Positions 59,823-64,000 of a DNA stretch of 64,000 nucleotides are shown in pieces (the stretch's first letter is position 1; each line of letters opens with the position of its first letter). The position numbers and the translations under genes were made by a program. The notes under the pieces are model-generated. The model worked only from the letters and a program-made list of their open reading frames with translations, ran no database searches and was not told the origin of the DNA. The stretch lies in NCBI RefSeq assembly GCF_009914755.1, contig NC_060928.1; one strand, 5' to 3'. Source of the stretch: the human T2T-CHM13v2.0 reference genome, Homo sapiens.

Positions 59823-61041
59823 TATAATCTACAGAAACATTAAAAATACCCTCCCTGGAATTCCTTTAAATTCAAATGCTTTATTTAATCAGAGAAATAG
59901 AATAGAAGAGTAGAGGCAGAAATCAATTTCTTTAGATTAAAAAAGCTTTGCAATGCATTAAGAGGGAACAAAGGAATTTAATAACACAAAGATAAGTGAC
60001 AGTGGCAGACAATCCCCCAACACTGACTCTCACACAAACAGTACACTTTTTCCCAATGCAAGAGGGGAAATGCTACTAATTTTTCACTGAACTATTTTCT
60101 CTTCTCCAGTCCAGGCTGGACTTGATAAATAGAAAGTATTCAAACAAGAAATGGCTGAGATATTGTAAAATAATAATTAAACCACATACACAATTGCTCT
60201 AGCTGAAAAGGTCTCTAAGCATTTTTCTGTGGATAAGAAATGCACATGTTTACCTGGAAGCTTCTGTGTGTTCATAGGATATGGAGAGTGTGATTAAACT
60301 GGAAGATAGGTGAAACATAAAAGTAAACTGGATTATTCTACTAAGAAAAGTTACCTTTTTGTTGAAAAATGAATGTACTACTAGGTCTTGCTTTTGTCCC
60401 AAATAAGTGTTCAACCAGGAGATTTGAAGCTTCCACAGGATAAAAAAGGAAAATACGAACATGCTATGCGTATGGATTTTGAAAGGGGTTTGTGTATAGG
60501 TCATTAGTTGAGGAAGGGGAAGGGAGGTGGAAGATTATATCTGAGATGCTTAAATCACTCTTTGGGCTTCTCTTCATCACTGAGTTGCCCCAGCCAGGTG
60601 TAACCCTGGATAAACTGAGGAGACCTCCAGGTACAGCGACAATGGGACCTGAAAAAGACAGGCAAATAAGTGTCCACTCAATTGCCTAAGTTGCTTGGCA
60701 CTGTGCAGAGGCCTGATGGAGCCATACTCTACTCTTACTGAGAACTCCATGCCCCTGGAACCAGTTGCCCAGTCCCAGCAGGGGCATGGTACATGTGACA
60801 GTAACATGTTTGGTCACAAAATAGGAGAAAGAAGAGTGACAATGAAACTGCTTCCTCCTATTCTCCCCCAACCCAACTCCCCCCACCCCTCTCTAATATA
60901 ATTATTGATGGTTAATTTTATGTATCAACTTGGCTAGGCCATGGTACCCAGATATTTGGTCAAACATTATTCTAGATGTATCTGTGAAGGTACTTTTCAG
61001 ATGATATTAACATTTGAATCAACAGACTTTGAGTAAAGCAG

Positions 61042-61502
61042 TGTATCAGTCTATTTTCGCACTGCTATTAGGTTAGCATAAAAAATAATTACCTTTAATT
61101 ATTAATTTTAATGGCAAAAAACGCGATTACTTTTGCACCAACCTAATATAAAGATACTACCAGAGACTGGATAATATAAATTACCCAGGAATTCACATTA
61201 TATTAAAGGAAAGAGGTTTAATTGACTCACAGTTCCACATGGCTGGGGTGGCCTCAGGAAACTTATGATAATGGCAGAAGGCGAAGGGCAAGCAAGCACC
61301 TTATTTACAAGGTGACAGGAGAGAGCGTGAGCAAAGGGGGAAAAGCCCTTATAAATTATCAGATCACATGAGAACTCAGCCACTATCATGAGAACTGCAT
61401 GGGGGAAACTGCCTCCATGATCCAATCATCTCCCTCCCTCAACATGTGGGGATTACAATTTGAGATGAGATTTGAGTGGGGCCACAGAGCCAAACCATAT
61501 CA
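61042..61502 (-). mobile_element. MST (MSTA/B-like) LTR
   Basis: tgtatcagtc..aaaggaaagaggtttaattgactcacagttcc..acagagccaaaccatatca; TSD agcag at 61037-61041 and 61503-61507. Confidence 0.85.
61068..61146. mobile_element. MADE1 mariner MITE
   Basis: ttaggtt..aatggcaaaaaacgcgattacttttgcaccaacctaa with TA target duplication. Confidence 0.85.
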
Positions 61503-61929
61503 AGCAGATTATGCTTCCTAGTGTGGGTGTGGGTGGGCCTCATCCAATCATTGGAGGCATTAACAGAACAAAGTCTGACCTCCCCAAGAACAAGCAGGAA
61601 TTCTGCCAGCACATGGCCTCTGGACTGTGACTCTTCCCTAGGTCTCCAGCCTGCCCGCCCACTCTGCAGATTCTCAACCTGCCAATCTTCACTATTGCTT
61701 GAGACAATGCCTTAATCTCTCTCCTCTCTCTCTTTACACACACACACAGGCACCCACACACATTCCATGGGTTCTGTTTCCCTGGAGAACCCTGACTAAT
61801 ACACACACACACATACACACACACACATACACACACACACACAAGCACCCACACGCACTCCTCCAAGGCATCAAATTCTTACTATTTAATTCAACAAGAC
61901 AAACTTGGGGTTTCTTAGATGTATCATCC

Positions 61930-62963
<1,034 letters not shown>

Positions 62964-63198
62964 TGCCTTCATCAAAATTTTCTAAGTCTCCCTCTGATGC
63001 CTGAGGGCAGTCAGGGCCAGCAGTGCCATCCAGGTGGGCCACCTCTTTCCTTGAGGTGGCTGCACCTGTATCTTCCAAGGGTATTCTAGCTACTAGGCCA
63101 CATGATTAGGCTAATGGCAATTTTTACAGAATGCCTAACAAATATGATCTTATTTGTCTTCTGCTCTGAATAAAAAGTGAAATATAGATTTTTGTTAG

Positions 63199-63245
63199 TA
63201 TTAGATTGGTGCAAAAGTAATCTCCCTTTTGCCATTACTTTGCGT
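63199..63245. mobile_element. Partial MADE1
   Basis: tattagattggtgcaaaagtaat..ttttgccattacttt. Confidence 0.6.
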
Positions 63246-64000
63246 GGACTATTAGACTTAGACATGGTCTCTGGGCACTCCCACTTTTCCCCTGCCACCA
63301 CTTTGGCCAGGCTGTATTCTTTTCCTTTGGCTCTCAGCTTAGAAGTAACCTCCTCTGTGAAGCCTTCCATACTCCACCCTAGCCCATTAATTCTCCTGCC
63401 ACATGTCATACCGTATGTGCTTGCCTGTGTACCTGCCTGTTGCCTTGAGGGCAGGATCTATGACTTACTCGTTAATAAATGCCCAGCACCCAGCAGATGC
63501 TGAGCACATGGTAGAGAGTTGTTGAATGAATCTGGTCCAACCCTTCATAACACCTGAATATCCTTTCATCATTGCTTTACTTGAAGGAAACAAAGCACAA
63601 GACAGTTAGTTATAGGTTTGGGAATCCTAGATATCAAAAAATGCCTTCATTAAAATGAGCTCCCACCGGCTTTCTTGTGAATTCCACCCATCAGCCCTAT
63701 CTCTGCCTTCCTGAGCTACTCAGAACAAACCTGGGTCCCTACTCCATCAATTACTCCTTGAGTATTTGGGGTCACATCCTCCCTTCCCAGACGGGGCAAA
63801 TTATTTTCTCTTGAAGTCCCTAAGTTAAACATCTGGATACTTATCAACACATGAGAAGTATGTATTTCCCTAATGAATAGTGTTTATAGGAAACCAAATA
63901 GATTTCAGACCCAAAAAGGGTAACACACTTCTCAAGACCAAGAACTGTGCATCTCTTTATATGTACTGCCCAGCACTCAATAGATGTTCAGATTAAACTA

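Larger units (their letters stand above)
60905..61802 (+). mobile_element. MLT2 (ERVL) LTR hosting an MST LTR
   Basis: tgatggttaattttatgtatcaacttggctaggcc..agactttgagtaaagcag|..ttctgtttccctggagaaccctgactaataca. Confidence 0.85.

Overview
Repeat-dense primate genomic DNA, almost certainly human because it carries an L1 with the L1HS pre-Ta diagnostics. I recognise no host protein-coding exon. Nearly all ORFs in the track are LINE-1 ORF1/ORF2 pieces, Alu read-through or low-complexity artefacts. The window holds five large L1s: A (263-5864, -, a spliced 5'UTR copy), B (14775-16733, -, 5'-truncated, inside a THE1 LTR), C (22760-29187, +, full-length, older L1PA), D (39342-45388, +, full-length L1HS pre-Ta with intact ORF0 and ORF1, one nonsense codon in ORF2, and a 103-bp 3' transduction) and E (34401-36210, +). 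It also holds a U13 snoRNA retrocopy, a fossil hAT transposase, about 15 Alus and many MaLR/ERVL LTRs, often nested. The most unusual signal is that neighbouring L1s of different ages share non-consensus variants and one 73-bp identical patch, which suggests local L1-to-L1 gene conversion. Two short templated duplications that span repeat junctions are also present. Subfamily names come from recalled consensus motifs and need RepeatMasker/Dfam confirmation.
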